Shown in pieces: positions 37,084-47,401 of a stretch of DNA of 64,000 nucleotides. The position numbers and the translations under genes are program-made. Within the stretch, counting starts at the first letter, position 1; every line of letters starts with the position of its first letter. This stretch comes from a virus: positions 1-64,000 of the IMG/VR virus record IMGVR_UViG_3300005471_000011, one strand, 5' to 3'. A model generated the notes under the pieces. The model made no database searches. It was not told where the DNA came from and worked only from the letters and a program-made list of their open reading frames with translations.

Positions 37084-37280
37084 TGGAAAGTCTGAAAGTA
37101 AAACGGGACCATGATGCAGCAGCGCAACGTTTGATAGACGATTTGTCACAGAGTCTTGTCTCTGCCGAACGGAAGATAAAAGAAACACTGGCACTGGCAC
37201 GCCGGCACAGCTCACCTGCGACGAATCCCGGTGCGCACGCGCTGGCGAACAAGATCATCCAAATCCTGGAGGAGCCGTGA
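37083..37280 (+). CDS. hypothetical protein
   Basis: Coupled ORF. Confidence 0.55.
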   Translation: MESLKVKRDHDAAAQRLIDDLSQSLVSAERKIKETLALARRHSSPATNPGAHALANKIIQILEEP

Positions 37281-37605
37281 CCAATAATCCTACGCAAATC
37301 AGCATGTCGCTCTTGCGGGCGCTAGGCATTCCAGGAGAGCGAATCCGCTCAGTAGATCTGCATTTTGATTTCTCCGGAACGCTGCCAGTAGCCACAGTGT
37401 AGAATATCTCCTTACAAAGCAGCAGGCAGATGCCGTCGGTGCGGTGGTAAAGAAATTCAAGTTGATCCCGATGGAGCAAACCGAACGATGCCAAATATGC
37501 GGGACTGACCCCGTTGCATTTATTGGCGGCATTGCTGCATTTTATGCCGAAGGCCACGTTGACCAGGATGATCCCGAATATCCCAAACCGCTAAATCACA
37601 AATGA
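37277..37605 (+). pseudogene. hypothetical protein split by a frameshift near 37398
   Basis: Both ends coupled to neighbours; span 329 nt; ...LPVATV / VEYLL... frames. Confidence 0.5.
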
Positions 37606-37979
37606 TGCTCTACAGCTCCAGCGAGATGCTTGGCCTCGTGGCCAAGGTGTACCTCCAGCAAGCGTCCTTAGTCATCGGCAAGGCAGCCAAAAAAGCCGGC
37701 AAGCCGGTGGGCCAGTTCATGGACGCCGCGCCCGAGGTGGCGAAGCGCGGGCTGAAGCTGACGCGCACGCTTCACAAGCGGTTCGAGCGAGGCGACTACC
37801 GGCACACCGAGGCGGAGCTGGCGATGCTTGAAGCCTACTGCGAGTGGCTGATCGACACGGCCCAGACGCTGGGCGGGCACCCGGTGCGGGAGTTCAAGAT
37901 CAACCGCGCCAGCATGATGCAGCACCGGCCGTTGGACCGGACCTATGCCGAGGTCATCGGCGCAGTGAGGCAACTGTGA
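37602..37979 (+). CDS. hypothetical protein
   Basis: ORF with typical codon usage. Confidence 0.6.
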   Translation: MMLYSSSEMLGLVAKVYLQQASLVIGKAAKKAGKPVGQFMDAAPEVAKRGLKLTRTLHKRFERGDYRHTEAELAMLEAYCEWLIDTAQTLGGHPVREFKINRASMMQHRPLDRTYAEVIGAVRQL

Positions 37980-37992
37980 AAGGGATATAAAG

Positions 37993-38685
37993 ATGGCAAT
38001 TGACATCACCGCTGTATCTAGGCTAAAGCATGCCGACTTGCACAATGCGGCAAAAAAGCTCGGCGGACAATCGGCGCTGGCTAAATTCCTCGGAGTTCAC
38101 GTTTGCGAGATTGGACAATGGTGCAATCTCAGAAAAACACCGCCAAAATCCTGGCCGCCTGAAAGGCTAAATGAAATCGAGCGTAAGCTGTTCGAATTGA
38201 CGAACAAAACTTTAGATCAGCTTTTCCCAAAAGAGCTTCAGGATGCGGAGGAATTCCTGAAGGCACGCAAGGTTATTGAGACGACGAGAACAGTTGAAGT
38301 GGCGGCTTTAATCCGATACGCCGAGAGAACCGCCGAGCGGCTTTCATTTAGCAACGATTCGCAAGCAGAAAAGCTTCACGATCTTGAAGTGCTGAAGGAA
38401 CGGATTCGGAAGTCCATGAAAACGCTTTCGGACCGTGAAAATAAAATACTTGAACTGCGATTTGGACTTAACGGCTGCGAGACGCATACGCTTGCAGAAG
38501 TGGGTAGCGTTCTAGGAATAACCGGAGCACGTGTTAGGCAAATAGAATCGAAGGCTATTCGCAAATTGCAACAGCCCAGCCGATCATTTGAATTAGTTGC
38601 GTTTGCCCCAGAACGAATTGGAGCTTTGCCGCCTTACCAGCAGCCAAGGGAAGTGTGGCCAAGTGAGTTAATAGCTGACGGATAG
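37993..38685 (+). CDS. HTH plus sigma70 region 4 domain transcription regulator
   Basis: GQSALAKFLGV; LSDRE.KILELRFGL....TLAEVG..LGITG.RVRQIE.KAIRKL. Confidence 0.85.
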   Translation: MAIDITAVSRLKHADLHNAAKKLGGQSALAKFLGVHVCEIGQWCNLRKTPPKSWPPERLNEIERKLFELTNKTLDQLFPKELQDAEEFLKARKVIETTRTVEVAALIRYAERTAERLSFSNDSQAEKLHDLEVLKERIRKSMKTLSDRENKILELRFGLNGCETHTLAEVGSVLGITGARVRQIESKAIRKLQQPSRSFELVAFAPERIGALPPYQQPREVWPSELIADG

Positions 38686-38719
38686 TCCGCAGCAGTGCCA
38701 TCTGTTACAACTTTCTCGC

Positions 38720-38959
38720 ATGGCACCGCAGATCACCGCTGGCCGGCAGATACCCGACACCGACGCCGACCGCTGCCAGCAAGAGCTGGACATCCTCAAG
38801 ACCCAGATAGCGCCGGCCATCCTGGCGGAGTTCACTTCCCGCGTCGTGGCGCGCTGCTATGGCAGCTTCCAAGCCAGTTTCAAGTTCACGGACGGGCAGG
38901 TGACGGGCTTTCAAATCTCCGGCCTAAGCGAGAAGAGGCTTGACCGGACGAGTGGATAA
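38720..38959 (+). CDS. hypothetical protein
   Basis: ORF. Confidence 0.5.
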   Translation: MAPQITAGRQIPDTDADRCQQELDILKTQIAPAILAEFTSRVVARCYGSFQASFKFTDGQVTGFQISGLSEKRLDRTSG

Positions 38960-39091
38960 AGTGTAAAACCCTCAAGAGTTAGGAACGCGCCCGAGTTATT
39001 CGGTGAGCAACCGGAAGCCGGGGCGTTGCCGCGATCAAGTAGTGCTGGACTTAGCCCCAGCGCGTACAGAGAGCGACGACGCCCCGGCTTT
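38940..39091 (+). promoter_or_regulatory. putative late promoter with a structured leader hairpin
   Basis: TTGACC-N18-TAAAAC; AGCCGGGGCGTTG/CGACGCCCCGGCT stem. Confidence 0.45.
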
Positions 39092-39111
39092 CGTCGTTTC
39101 AGGACCAATCC

Positions 39112-40119
39112 GTGGCAAAACAAATCACGTTCGCCCTGGGAACAGCGGGAAACCTGTCAGCGCGGACGTTGACGATCCGCGCCATGGTCAATGGGGACTA
39201 CACCGACCACCTGACCACCCAAGCGCTGGCGGGCACGGTCGAGGAAGCCACGGCGGTGATCCCGGACGACTTGAACTGTGAAGCGGTGCTGATCGACCGC
39301 CGCAGCGAGTTCACGATGGCACCGGTGGTGCTGCATTTCGTGACGTCTTCGCAGATTTACCGGGATGTTCAAAGCTCCGCCGCGCCGCGATCCATCAGCG
39401 CGGGCATGCTGCGGATCGTGGACGTGGAGGAGTTGAGCGAATCGTCGGCCAGCTCGCTATCGACAAGCACGCTGAGTTCGGTCAGCAGCAGCAGCACGAG
39501 CACTTTGAGCAGCAGCTCGACAAGTTCTGTCTCCAGTAGTTCGTCCAGCCTCAGTTCCGTTAGCTCTTCCAGCAGCACTCGCAGCTCACTCAGTTCCGTT
39601 AGTTCGTCTAGCTCTAGCCATTCGACGAGCAGCGTCTCAAGCCCCAGCTCGGCCAGCAGCAGCTCGACCTCTTCGGTGTCGAGCAGCAGCAGCAGCCGGT
39701 CCACGGCATCCAGCGTGTCCAGCAGTTCCACGAGCACGCTTACGAGTTCCAGCGTCAGCTCGTCCAGTACATCGACTGTGTCAAGCTCCAGCTCAAGCAC
39801 GACGCAGACGATCAGCAGCAAATCCACGCTGTCCAGCTCGACTCGCAGCAGCAGCTCGTCCGTTACCGCGTCGAGCTTGTCGAGTTCGAGCACTTCATCC
39901 GTGTCAAGCAGCAGCTCCTCGCGCAGCCGCTCCAGCGTCAGCACGGCATCGTCATCCTCAACAAGCAGCCCTTCCACCCTATCCTCGTCGTCGAGTTCTA
40001 CGTTCAGCACTGCCTCGTCCAGTTCGAGCAGCGCCTCGTCCAGTTCGAGCAGCGTTTCTTCGTCAAGTTCAAGTACATCGTCGCTCAGCTCATCTTCGAG
40101 CAGCGTCGGCGACCTGTAG
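39112..40119 (+). CDS. protein with a ~220-aa poly-Ser/Thr tail
   Basis: Globular N-domain followed by a Ser/Thr tract. Confidence 0.75.
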   Translation: MAKQITFALGTAGNLSARTLTIRAMVNGDYTDHLTTQALAGTVEEATAVIPDDLNCEAVLIDRRSEFTMAPVVLHFVTSSQIYRDVQSSAAPRSISAGMLRIVDVEELSESSASSLSTSTLSSVSSSSTSTLSSSSTSSVSSSSSSLSSVSSSSSTRSSLSSVSSSSSSHSTSSVSSPSSASSSSTSSVSSSSSSRSTASSVSSSSTSTLTSSSVSSSSTSTVSSSSSSTTQTISSKSTLSSSTRSSSSSVTASSLSSSSTSSVSSSSSSRSRSSVSTASSSSTSSPSTLSSSSSSTFSTASSSSSSASSSSSSVSSSSSSTSSLSSSSSSVGDL

Positions 40120-40134
40120 CAAAGGAACCTAAGT

Positions 40135-40788
40135 ATGCCGATCCGCATCAACCTTCCCGCCGCAGCCCGCATGATCCAGCAGAAGTCCCCTGCGGAGTTG
40201 ACCGGCGTTTACGTCGCCGTCGCAACCAAGTGCAAGGAGCTGAAGCTCACTCCGGGCCGTCGCGACACGGTGGCACCGCAGCCGTCCACCGGGGAAGGCA
40301 ACATCAACTTCCGAACTCTGATCCAGTTCGCTGAATCAGTGGAGCCTCATCCGGAGAATGAGCCGGAGGCGCCGAAGATTCTGGAGCAGGACAAGCTGCG
40401 TGACGGCGACAGCCAAGAGGTAATCGACGCGAAGGCATCGACCCAGCAGCGCAAGACGCAGGATCAGAGACGATTCGAAGCGGCGAAGGCAGAACGCAAC
40501 GAGAACCACCGGGCGTTGCGGGTTCTGCTGGGAGCTTTGACGGCGCGGTTCACTACGGCCGGCATTCCGCTGCCGGAGATCCCCAAGACAGCAGCGGAAA
40601 TTGCTGCGGCCGATAAAGTCGCGGCCGACAAGAAAGCCGCTGATGACAAGGCAGCGGCCGATAAAGTCGCCGCGGAGAATGCTTCATCCCAGGTGCCGGC
40701 GCAGCAAATGAAAGCGCCGGCAGCGCCGCCCAAGGTTGGAGCACCGCCACAACCACCGGCAGGGCGCAGGGGTCCTCCTGTTGGCTAA
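40135..40788 (+). CDS. hypothetical protein with AADK repeats
   Basis: AAAGGA RBS. Confidence 0.65.
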   Translation: MPIRINLPAAARMIQQKSPAELTGVYVAVATKCKELKLTPGRRDTVAPQPSTGEGNINFRTLIQFAESVEPHPENEPEAPKILEQDKLRDGDSQEVIDAKASTQQRKTQDQRRFEAAKAERNENHRALRVLLGALTARFTTAGIPLPEIPKTAAEIAAADKVAADKKAADDKAAADKVAAENASSQVPAQQMKAPAAPPKVGAPPQPPAGRRGPPVG

Positions 40789-40855
40789 CGCACATTTCAT
40801 GGATGAGACGGCAGCCGCGGCCGGAAAACGCGGCATATTTTGAGAGCCAAGAGTC

Positions 40856-43834
40856 ATGCCGATTCCAAAACCCAACGACGGCGAATCCGAGTCCGACTTC
40901 CACGCACGCTGCATGGAAGCTATCGGCGGAGAATACGAGCCGGACCAAGCCAACGCGATCTGCTTTTCGCAGTATCGCGGCGACAAGCGGTCCGTGATGC
41001 TCTCGATGGTCAAGGGTCGCACGTCGGGCGAGTTCGGCTACGGCATCACCACGGCGGATCGGTATGTGGAGCAGGTGATCAAATCCTGCGGCGTGGAAGC
41101 CTCGCTGTTCAACGGCCCGGCGGCGCAGGTCGCGGCGGCGATGAAGCACGCGGCTGGCATGCTGGCGTTCTGCGGCAAGGACCAGCGCCAGGACAAGATC
41201 GAAACCGGCATGGCGGCGATGCGCAAGTTGATCGGCATGGAGCCGCCGGTGCACTCCATGATGGCAATCGTCCACCGGCTAACGACGCCGCGAGAGGACC
41301 GGGACGGCGACACGCTCCAGACCAAGGGCGCACGTCCCGACCCCAAGATGCCGTTCCTGTGGCAGCATGTGTCCACGATCCCCATCGGCAAGCTGGCGCG
41401 GGTGCTAGAGCACACGGAAGAAGTGCTGAAGATGGCGACCGTGCTCCTGGACTTGAACTCGCTGACATCAGATGTCGGCAAGCTGTTTGAGGCAGAGGCG
41501 CTGCGGTTCAGTCACGGGTTCATCCCGACCAACTTTGAGGAGCGCAAGGGCGGTCCGATGGCACGGTTCAACGTGCTGGAGTTCGATGTGGTCGAGGAGT
41601 CCGCCGTCAGCGTGCCTTCCAATGTGGACGCGGAAGTGGAGCTGTTCAGCCGAGGCAAGCTCTCCAGCGATCTGGTCAAGTCCCACGCGAAGTCGCTGTT
41701 CGACGCGCGTATCAAATCCATGCCAGTAACCGACAAGGCCAAGGCGATTTTCGAGAAGGAATCCAGCGGCAAGGGATTCCCTCGCTGTGAGGTCTGCGGG
41801 CAGATCGCCAAGCTGGAGGGCACCAAGCGATGCAAGGCGTGCCGCAGCGGCAAAAAGGAAACCAGCAACCTCGTCCGCAAGATGTTCGACATCGCGACCC
41901 AGCGAGTCGAACCGACGACGATGGAATGCGACTGGGCGGCGCGGTACATCGGCTGCTCGGTCAAGGACCTGCACATCCATTCCACGTCGGCGCGCGGGAT
42001 TATGGTGGGCGGATTTCTCAAGGGGCTGGAACTGGCATGCCAGGAATTTCAGTGCAGCGACACCCGCAACATCAAAGGCGAATCGGAGTCGCCGCCGGTC
42101 TTTGAAACCAAAGAGATCGACAGCAGCACGCGGCAGAACTTCCTGGTGGAAGGCATCCGATTCTGGCACGGCGAAGGCTATAAGATCGTCACGCGCGTGG
42201 AGCCGTACTGGGATTCCCAGCAGCTCGTCGTTTACGCCGAAGAGGGCGAGCAGGCGCAGAAAATCATCGACGATGCCTGGGAATGGCTGGCCAAGAACAA
42301 CCCGCTCAAGGGGCAGGCGTTCGCGCTGACGGGAAGTTGGATCAGCAAGAGCGGCATTGGCTGGGACGACGTGTTCCTGGAAAAGAAGATCGAGGATTCC
42401 CTCAAACGCACGGTGCGGGTCATCAATGAAAAAGGCATTGACGCTGCCAACCGCGGCCTCATTCTTAGTGGCCCACCGGGTACGGGAAAAACTTTGTCCG
42501 CGCGGGTCATGCTCAACGAGACGAAGAACACCACGTTCATCTGGGTTAGCCCCAAGGACTTTTATCGCGGCGGCGGCTTCATGGAGGCGTTCTCGCTGGC
42601 GCGCCAGCTTGCCCCGACGGTGCTGATGTTCGAGGACATCGACAACTGGATTGACCGGTACTCGGTGGACCTGATCAAAGCGGAGATGGACGGGCTGCAA
42701 GAGTCCACGGGCGTTGTAACGATCCTGACGACCAACTTCCCGGACCAGTTGCCGGCGGCGCTGATCGACCGACCCGGTCGTTTCCATGACGTGCTGGAAA
42801 TCCACTTGCCGTCCAAGGACGTGCGGTTGCGGATGCTCCAGAAGTGGGCTGCGGATGCCACTCTGGACGCTTTGGCGGCGATGGCAGAGGAGACGGAGGG
42901 CTACAGCGGGGCGCACGTGTATGAGTTGTGCAGCTTCGCCAAGGTGCTCAAGGACGAAGACGGCAGCACGCTCGATGAAGCACTGACCAAGGCGTTTGCC
43001 AAGGTTAAGGATCAGCGCGAACTGATCAATCAGAACCAACTTGCCGGCAGCAGCTACCGTCCAAGCCGCCGGGATATCACTGACTTGGTCGCTAAAGGCT
43101 GGACGCGAGAAGAACGAATCACCGAAGGCGGAATTCAATACCGCCTCACAAAAGGAGTGGCGGCAATGGACACCAAGATCGGCGATGTGCTGCCCATGAT
43201 CGGCCCCATCCCACATGAAGGGGAAGCAGCGGCTGATTTCCAGTCGCGCTGCATCCTCGATCCAACAATGCTTGGCAACTACCCGACGGTGTCGGACCGG
43301 GAGAGCGCCTGCCGAATTTTGTTCTCTCGCGGCGACGGCATCTTCGCGGCAGCCAAGCCAACGACCAAGGAAGTCGGCACGTGCAAGGAATGCAGCAAGG
43401 AGATGGAACTCAATCCCCAAGGCTTGTGCGCCGAGTGCGCCAGGAAACGCGACGCCGCCGGCTACGACGAGAGCGGCCAACCGAAGTCGGCACCGGTTCA
43501 GATCAAGGCAGGGCGCGTGCTGTCCAAGCGAAACATCGAGCGGCTCAGCGAAGCGCTCAAGCGGCACCAGGAAGGCATCGAGCGGATCAAGGGCGTGCTG
43601 GACGACGCCAACCCGACCGAAGAAGTCGCACCAACGGAGCCAGGTGCCAATGCACCGCTCGCCGGACCAGATCACGTGATGACCCAGGCGGTGCTGCTGG
43701 TCGCCGAGGACCGCGCCGCGCGGGACAAACTGCGCAAGGCCATCGATGCGTTCGATTTGGCGGACGAAGAGGAGCAGAAATCATCGGATTACGAATCACT
43801 GTTCGAAGAGGCGTTAGTTGCGGAAACGGCTTGA
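40856..43834 (+). CDS. HK97-type prohead protease fused to an AAA+ ATPase
   Basis: DRDGD, PFLWQH..PIGK, FSHGF, EESAVSVPSN; GPPGTGKT, MFEDID, TTNFP, DRPGRF, GYSGAH. Confidence 0.85.
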   Translation: MPIPKPNDGESESDFHARCMEAIGGEYEPDQANAICFSQYRGDKRSVMLSMVKGRTSGEFGYGITTADRYVEQVIKSCGVEASLFNGPAAQVAAAMKHAAGMLAFCGKDQRQDKIETGMAAMRKLIGMEPPVHSMMAIVHRLTTPREDRDGDTLQTKGARPDPKMPFLWQHVSTIPIGKLARVLEHTEEVLKMATVLLDLNSLTSDVGKLFEAEALRFSHGFIPTNFEERKGGPMARFNVLEFDVVEESAVSVPSNVDAEVELFSRGKLSSDLVKSHAKSLFDARIKSMPVTDKAKAIFEKESSGKGFPRCEVCGQIAKLEGTKRCKACRSGKKETSNLVRKMFDIATQRVEPTTMECDWAARYIGCSVKDLHIHSTSARGIMVGGFLKGLELACQEFQCSDTRNIKGESESPPVFETKEIDSSTRQNFLVEGIRFWHGEGYKIVTRVEPYWDSQQLVVYAEEGEQAQKIIDDAWEWLAKNNPLKGQAFALTGSWISKSGIGWDDVFLEKKIEDSLKRTVRVINEKGIDAANRGLILSGPPGTGKTLSARVMLNETKNTTFIWVSPKDFYRGGGFMEAFSLARQLAPTVLMFEDIDNWIDRYSVDLIKAEMDGLQESTGVVTILTTNFPDQLPAALIDRPGRFHDVLEIHLPSKDVRLRMLQKWAADATLDALAAMAEETEGYSGAHVYELCSFAKVLKDEDGSTLDEALTKAFAKVKDQRELINQNQLAGSSYRPSRRDITDLVAKGWTREERITEGGIQYRLTKGVAAMDTKIGDVLPMIGPIPHEGEAAADFQSRCILDPTMLGNYPTVSDRESACRILFSRGDGIFAAAKPTTKEVGTCKECSKEMELNPQGLCAECARKRDAAGYDESGQPKSAPVQIKAGRVLSKRNIERLSEALKRHQEGIERIKGVLDDANPTEEVAPTEPGANAPLAGPDHVMTQAVLLVAEDRAARDKLRKAIDAFDLADEEEQKSSDYESLFEEALVAETA

Positions 43835-43900
43835 CGCCGCCCGCAGTGTTCCATAGACGGGCCGCTGCTGCGGCGATAGAACTGTAACCTTCCTAGGAGA

Positions 43901-45535
43901 ATGATCATGAAAGTCACGAGCCAATTGAAGGCGTGGCTCCAGAGCGAAAAAGGCGTCAAGCCGGACGCGACGGAGCAGGACTACCGACAGGCCGCCGCCA
44001 AGGCGCTGACGGATGACACCAACCCGCTGTCTGCGGAGAAGTTTGCGGAGCTGACGGCAGGGGAGGCAGTAAAGCCCGCCAACGCCATGCTGGCGATGAT
44101 GGAGAAGATGAACGCCCGGCTGGACGAGCAAGATGCTCGTTTCAAGAGCATAGAGACAGGTGGTCACCGCGCGGAAGCACCGATCGTTCCAGCCGGCTTG
44201 AAAGCGGCGATCATGGGCGGTGCCAGCGAGATCCCCGACGCCAGCGGTCAGCCGCGCATCAAGCGAGCGGCGGAGCGCTACAACAAGGCGCGCGGCGAGC
44301 TGCGATTCCCGGAGCCGGAGATCAAGAACGAGCGGTATGCCCTGCATCCCCGCAAGGGCCAGCTCGCCAGCTACGGCTCCGCCGGTCGCCATTGCGGCGA
44401 GTTTCAGGTCGGGCAACTTTCCGAGCTGGAGAAGGCTTGCTGCGGCTCATTCATCAAGTTCAGCATCCACAAGGCAGCCAACGGCTTTGGTCCGCCGGTG
44501 CCGCACAACCTGCGCATGAACGATCAAGACTGGGACTTGGTCCAGTACATGATCGAGGAGTGCGAGTGGGGCGGTGTGCTCCACGGGGAAGGCAGCGACT
44601 TCGAAGGCGCGGTCGGCTTGAACGGCAAGCAGCGCCTGATCAAGGGCGCGCAGTTCAACATGCAGAAGGCGCTGCTGGACGATAACACGTCCGGCGGTCT
44701 GGAAGCGGCGCCGATCTTCTTCGACGAGATGCTGATCACCACGCCGCTGCTTCACGGGGAATTGTTCCCGTCGGTGGAAGTTATCAACGTCACGCGCGGG
44801 CGGCGCATCGAGGGCGTCACGATGTCCAACGTGACCCTCGGCGCGGCGACGGAAGGTTCCACGATCACTCTGTTCAACACCGCAGCTTTCATTGCGGCGT
44901 TCGACACGACGATCTTCGTGTGCATGGGTGCCATCGAAATCGGTCTGGACTTCCTGTCCGACTCTCCGATTGACATTGCCGGCGCGGTGGCCAAGAGCTA
45001 CCAGGAGCGGCTGCTGTCCTGGCTGGACGAGCAGATCGCCATCGGCGACGGCACCACGGAGCCGGAAGGTTTGCTTAACAGCGGTGCCACGTCCGTCGGT
45101 TCCACCAACACGTCGGCAGGTCCTTGGACGATTGGCGATGAGTTGGCGCTGATGTTCGCCGTGGCCAAGCAGTATCAAACTGGCTTTGACCGCTCGCGTA
45201 TCCGCTACAGCGGCAACGAAGTGACGTACCGCCGGCTGCGGTCGATCCAGGTGACGACCTCGGATCAGCGACTCGTCCAGGGCATGGACGTGCGGTCGTA
45301 CATGATCCTGGACCAGCCTTACGCCGTGAACGGCAACTGGACCAACCGCCAGCTTGCCTACGCGAATCTGGCTCGTTACCGGATGTATCGCCGCCTTGGC
45401 ATGACCGTCCGCTGGGAAACCGCCGGCGCCACACTGGGTCGCAGCAACACCGGTTTGCTGATTGCCCGCTCGCGTTGGGGTGGGCAGTTGACGGACGCGC
45501 TGGCCGCTTCTCTTTGCACCGACGGCATGTCGTAA
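43901..45535 (+). CDS. major capsid protein (HK97 fold)
   Basis: Follows the protease; SGG...P, DFLSDS.IDI, D.QI..GDG..EPEGLL. Confidence 0.85.
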   Translation: MIMKVTSQLKAWLQSEKGVKPDATEQDYRQAAAKALTDDTNPLSAEKFAELTAGEAVKPANAMLAMMEKMNARLDEQDARFKSIETGGHRAEAPIVPAGLKAAIMGGASEIPDASGQPRIKRAAERYNKARGELRFPEPEIKNERYALHPRKGQLASYGSAGRHCGEFQVGQLSELEKACCGSFIKFSIHKAANGFGPPVPHNLRMNDQDWDLVQYMIEECEWGGVLHGEGSDFEGAVGLNGKQRLIKGAQFNMQKALLDDNTSGGLEAAPIFFDEMLITTPLLHGELFPSVEVINVTRGRRIEGVTMSNVTLGAATEGSTITLFNTAAFIAAFDTTIFVCMGAIEIGLDFLSDSPIDIAGAVAKSYQERLLSWLDEQIAIGDGTTEPEGLLNSGATSVGSTNTSAGPWTIGDELALMFAVAKQYQTGFDRSRIRYSGNEVTYRRLRSIQVTTSDQRLVQGMDVRSYMILDQPYAVNGNWTNRQLAYANLARYRMYRRLGMTVRWETAGATLGRSNTGLLIARSRWGGQLTDALAASLCTDGMS

Positions 45536-45619
45536 TGATGCCGTGACAAACCATCGAGCCTGTCAGCAGGAACGCTGGCAGGCCGATTTCCCGCGTGTTT
45601 CATTTCTTAGGAGCCTCAC

Positions 45620-46306
45620 ATGAGCAACGAAGGTCAAGGGTCGAGTCAGCCTCCGCCTGAGCAGAAGAACCAGCCGCAGCGCGCGCGCTGGCCGGATGTG
45701 CTCACGGTGGAGTTTGGCAACGATCACCAGACGGTCCAGGTGGTCATCAACAGCAAGCCCATCGACGGTCCCGTTCGTGGGTCGTTCAACAAGGGGCGCA
45801 TGGGCAGCCGCAAGCACCGCGCCAGCTCCTCCAACAACGCCTACGAGGAGGGAACGCTGCTGGGCATGCGCACGCTTTCCGACGCTACAAACCGAATCCC
45901 TGACATGCCAGGAATAAGGCTGGTACTGGACTGCCAGCGACGCACGGCGATCCTGTTTGATCCCTGCGAGCCGGGCGGGGACGGGGAAGCGGCGATGAAA
46001 GCCTACAACGTATTCGCGGAGTCCAAGCAGTTCCCAGGCTTCGACGTAGCGGCACCCGTTCGCCGCCGGGAATACAAGAAGCTGGAGGACGACCAGATGA
46101 AGTCCATCCTGGTCGAGCTTCGCAACAAGCTGGATGGCGGCATGCTGAGCGTCGTCAGCGGAGATCTTCCGAGCATGGAAGCCATCGACAAGATGGCGGG
46201 GCGAGAGATTTACGACCCGTGGAACACCGATGGTCCCAAGCCCAAGTACAAGGATGAGCTAGGCAAGTGGCGTGAAAGCCGCGAGCGACTGGCCTCGCAG
46301 TTCTAA
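45620..46306 (+). CDS. hypothetical protein
   Basis: AGGAG RBS. Confidence 0.65.
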   Translation: MSNEGQGSSQPPPEQKNQPQRARWPDVLTVEFGNDHQTVQVVINSKPIDGPVRGSFNKGRMGSRKHRASSSNNAYEEGTLLGMRTLSDATNRIPDMPGIRLVLDCQRRTAILFDPCEPGGDGEAAMKAYNVFAESKQFPGFDVAAPVRRREYKKLEDDQMKSILVELRNKLDGGMLSVVSGDLPSMEAIDKMAGREIYDPWNTDGPKPKYKDELGKWRESRERLASQF

Positions 46307-46360
46307 ATCATTTGAGCCAGCACGGCTGTGGGATGAGGCTCCTCCGGCCTTGCAGCGGGA

Positions 46361-46408
46361 CCGAGCAAGCCGGGCCAGTAACCCTGGACCCGGCTGCTCG
46401 GCTTTTTT
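46361..46408 (+). terminator. Rho-independent terminator
   Basis: CCGAGCA-AGCCGGG...CCCGGCTGCTCGG plus TTTTTT. Confidence 0.7.
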
Positions 46409-46420
46409 GGAGTGTAAACC

Positions 46421-46582
46421 ATGCCGGGGACGCAAGACAAGGCGCAGCGGCCGGCGGAGCAGGCAGGGAAGTGCCAGCATTGCTCCGGCACCGGGACGAC
46501 GAAGAAGGCAAACGGCGCAAAGGTCGCGTGCATGCACTGCCGAGGAACGGGCAGCGCGGCGCGCGGCTATGTGACCAAGTAA
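46421..46582 (+). CDS. small DnaJ-type zinc-finger protein
   Basis: CQHCSGTG and CMHCRGTG; GGAG RBS (read manually). Confidence 0.6.
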   Translation: MPGTQDKAQRPAEQAGKCQHCSGTGTTKKANGAKVACMHCRGTGSAARGYVTK

Positions 46583-46613
46583 AGTTCGGGGCATTCATGG
46601 ACGCAATCAGGCG

Positions 46614-46901
46614 ATGGACGGCGACCCGTTGCATTCTGAACAGCTAATGCGGCTGACCATCGCGGTTGAAAAACTCGCGAGCGAGGTCGCCAACCAGACC
46701 AGGGTGATTAATGATTCAACCCAAAAAATAGCCGAGATTGAGGAGCGGATTGCCGGCGAGAACGGCATATCAACCAGGTTGGCCGTTGGCGAGGATCGCT
46801 TGAAGCGGCTCAGCACGACGGTGTACGGGACGATTGCTGTGGTCGGGACGGAGTTCATTGGTTTCGTGTTCATTATCCTCGAAAGACTGCTCAAGCGATG
46901 A
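46614..46901 (+). CDS. coiled-coil protein with a C-terminal TM
   Basis: Hydrophobic C-terminus. Confidence 0.6.
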   Translation: MDGDPLHSEQLMRLTIAVEKLASEVANQTRVINDSTQKIAEIEERIAGENGISTRLAVGEDRLKRLSTTVYGTIAVVGTEFIGFVFIILERLLKR

Positions 46902-47401
46902 CGATGTCTGAAAGCATTAACACAGACTCCGTCGCTTCCGTCATCGAGGAACTGAAGGGAATCAGGGCAGCGCTGCGAGGCGAGCGCAAGATCGGCGCCC
47001 TGCCCATCATGCTTCAGGATGTGCTGTCGAGCGTGCCGCTGCTGATCGTCGATATGGATAGCGGCAAAATCCTGTACGCGACGGAAGAAGCGGATGATCT
47101 GTTCGGCTACATCCCAGGCGAGTTAGCCGGCAAAGACTTGCACGTTTTGATCCCCAAGGAACTCCGGGATCGGCATCGTGAACATCTTCAGAAATACCGC
47201 GAGTGGCCTCGCAAACGCCGGATGGGGATATTCGGGATGGATTTAATGGGACTGCACCGGGATGGCCATACGTTTCATTTGGCGATTGGGCTCGTGCCGC
47301 GCGTCGTGGATGAGCAACGCATCGTCATCGCAACGATCTTCGACGCGGATACTTCCGTGGAACCATCGCTGCATTACGACGCGGGAGGGTTGAAGCATTG
47401 A
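46898..47401 (+). CDS. stand-alone PAS-domain protein (FixL-like)
   Basis: GKIL.A...A..LFGY...EL.GK.L..LIP...R.RH..., GLHRDG.TF. Confidence 0.8.
   Translation: MTMSESINTDSVASVIEELKGIRAALRGERKIGALPIMLQDVLSSVPLLIVDMDSGKILYATEEADDLFGYIPGELAGKDLHVLIPKELRDRHREHLQKYREWPRKRRMGIFGMDLMGLHRDGHTFHLAIGLVPRVVDEQRIVIATIFDADTSVEPSLHYDAGGLKH

Noticed and set aside
41468-43675. 735-aa minus-strand ORF
   Set aside because: Antisense shadow of the GC-rich protease-AAA gene.
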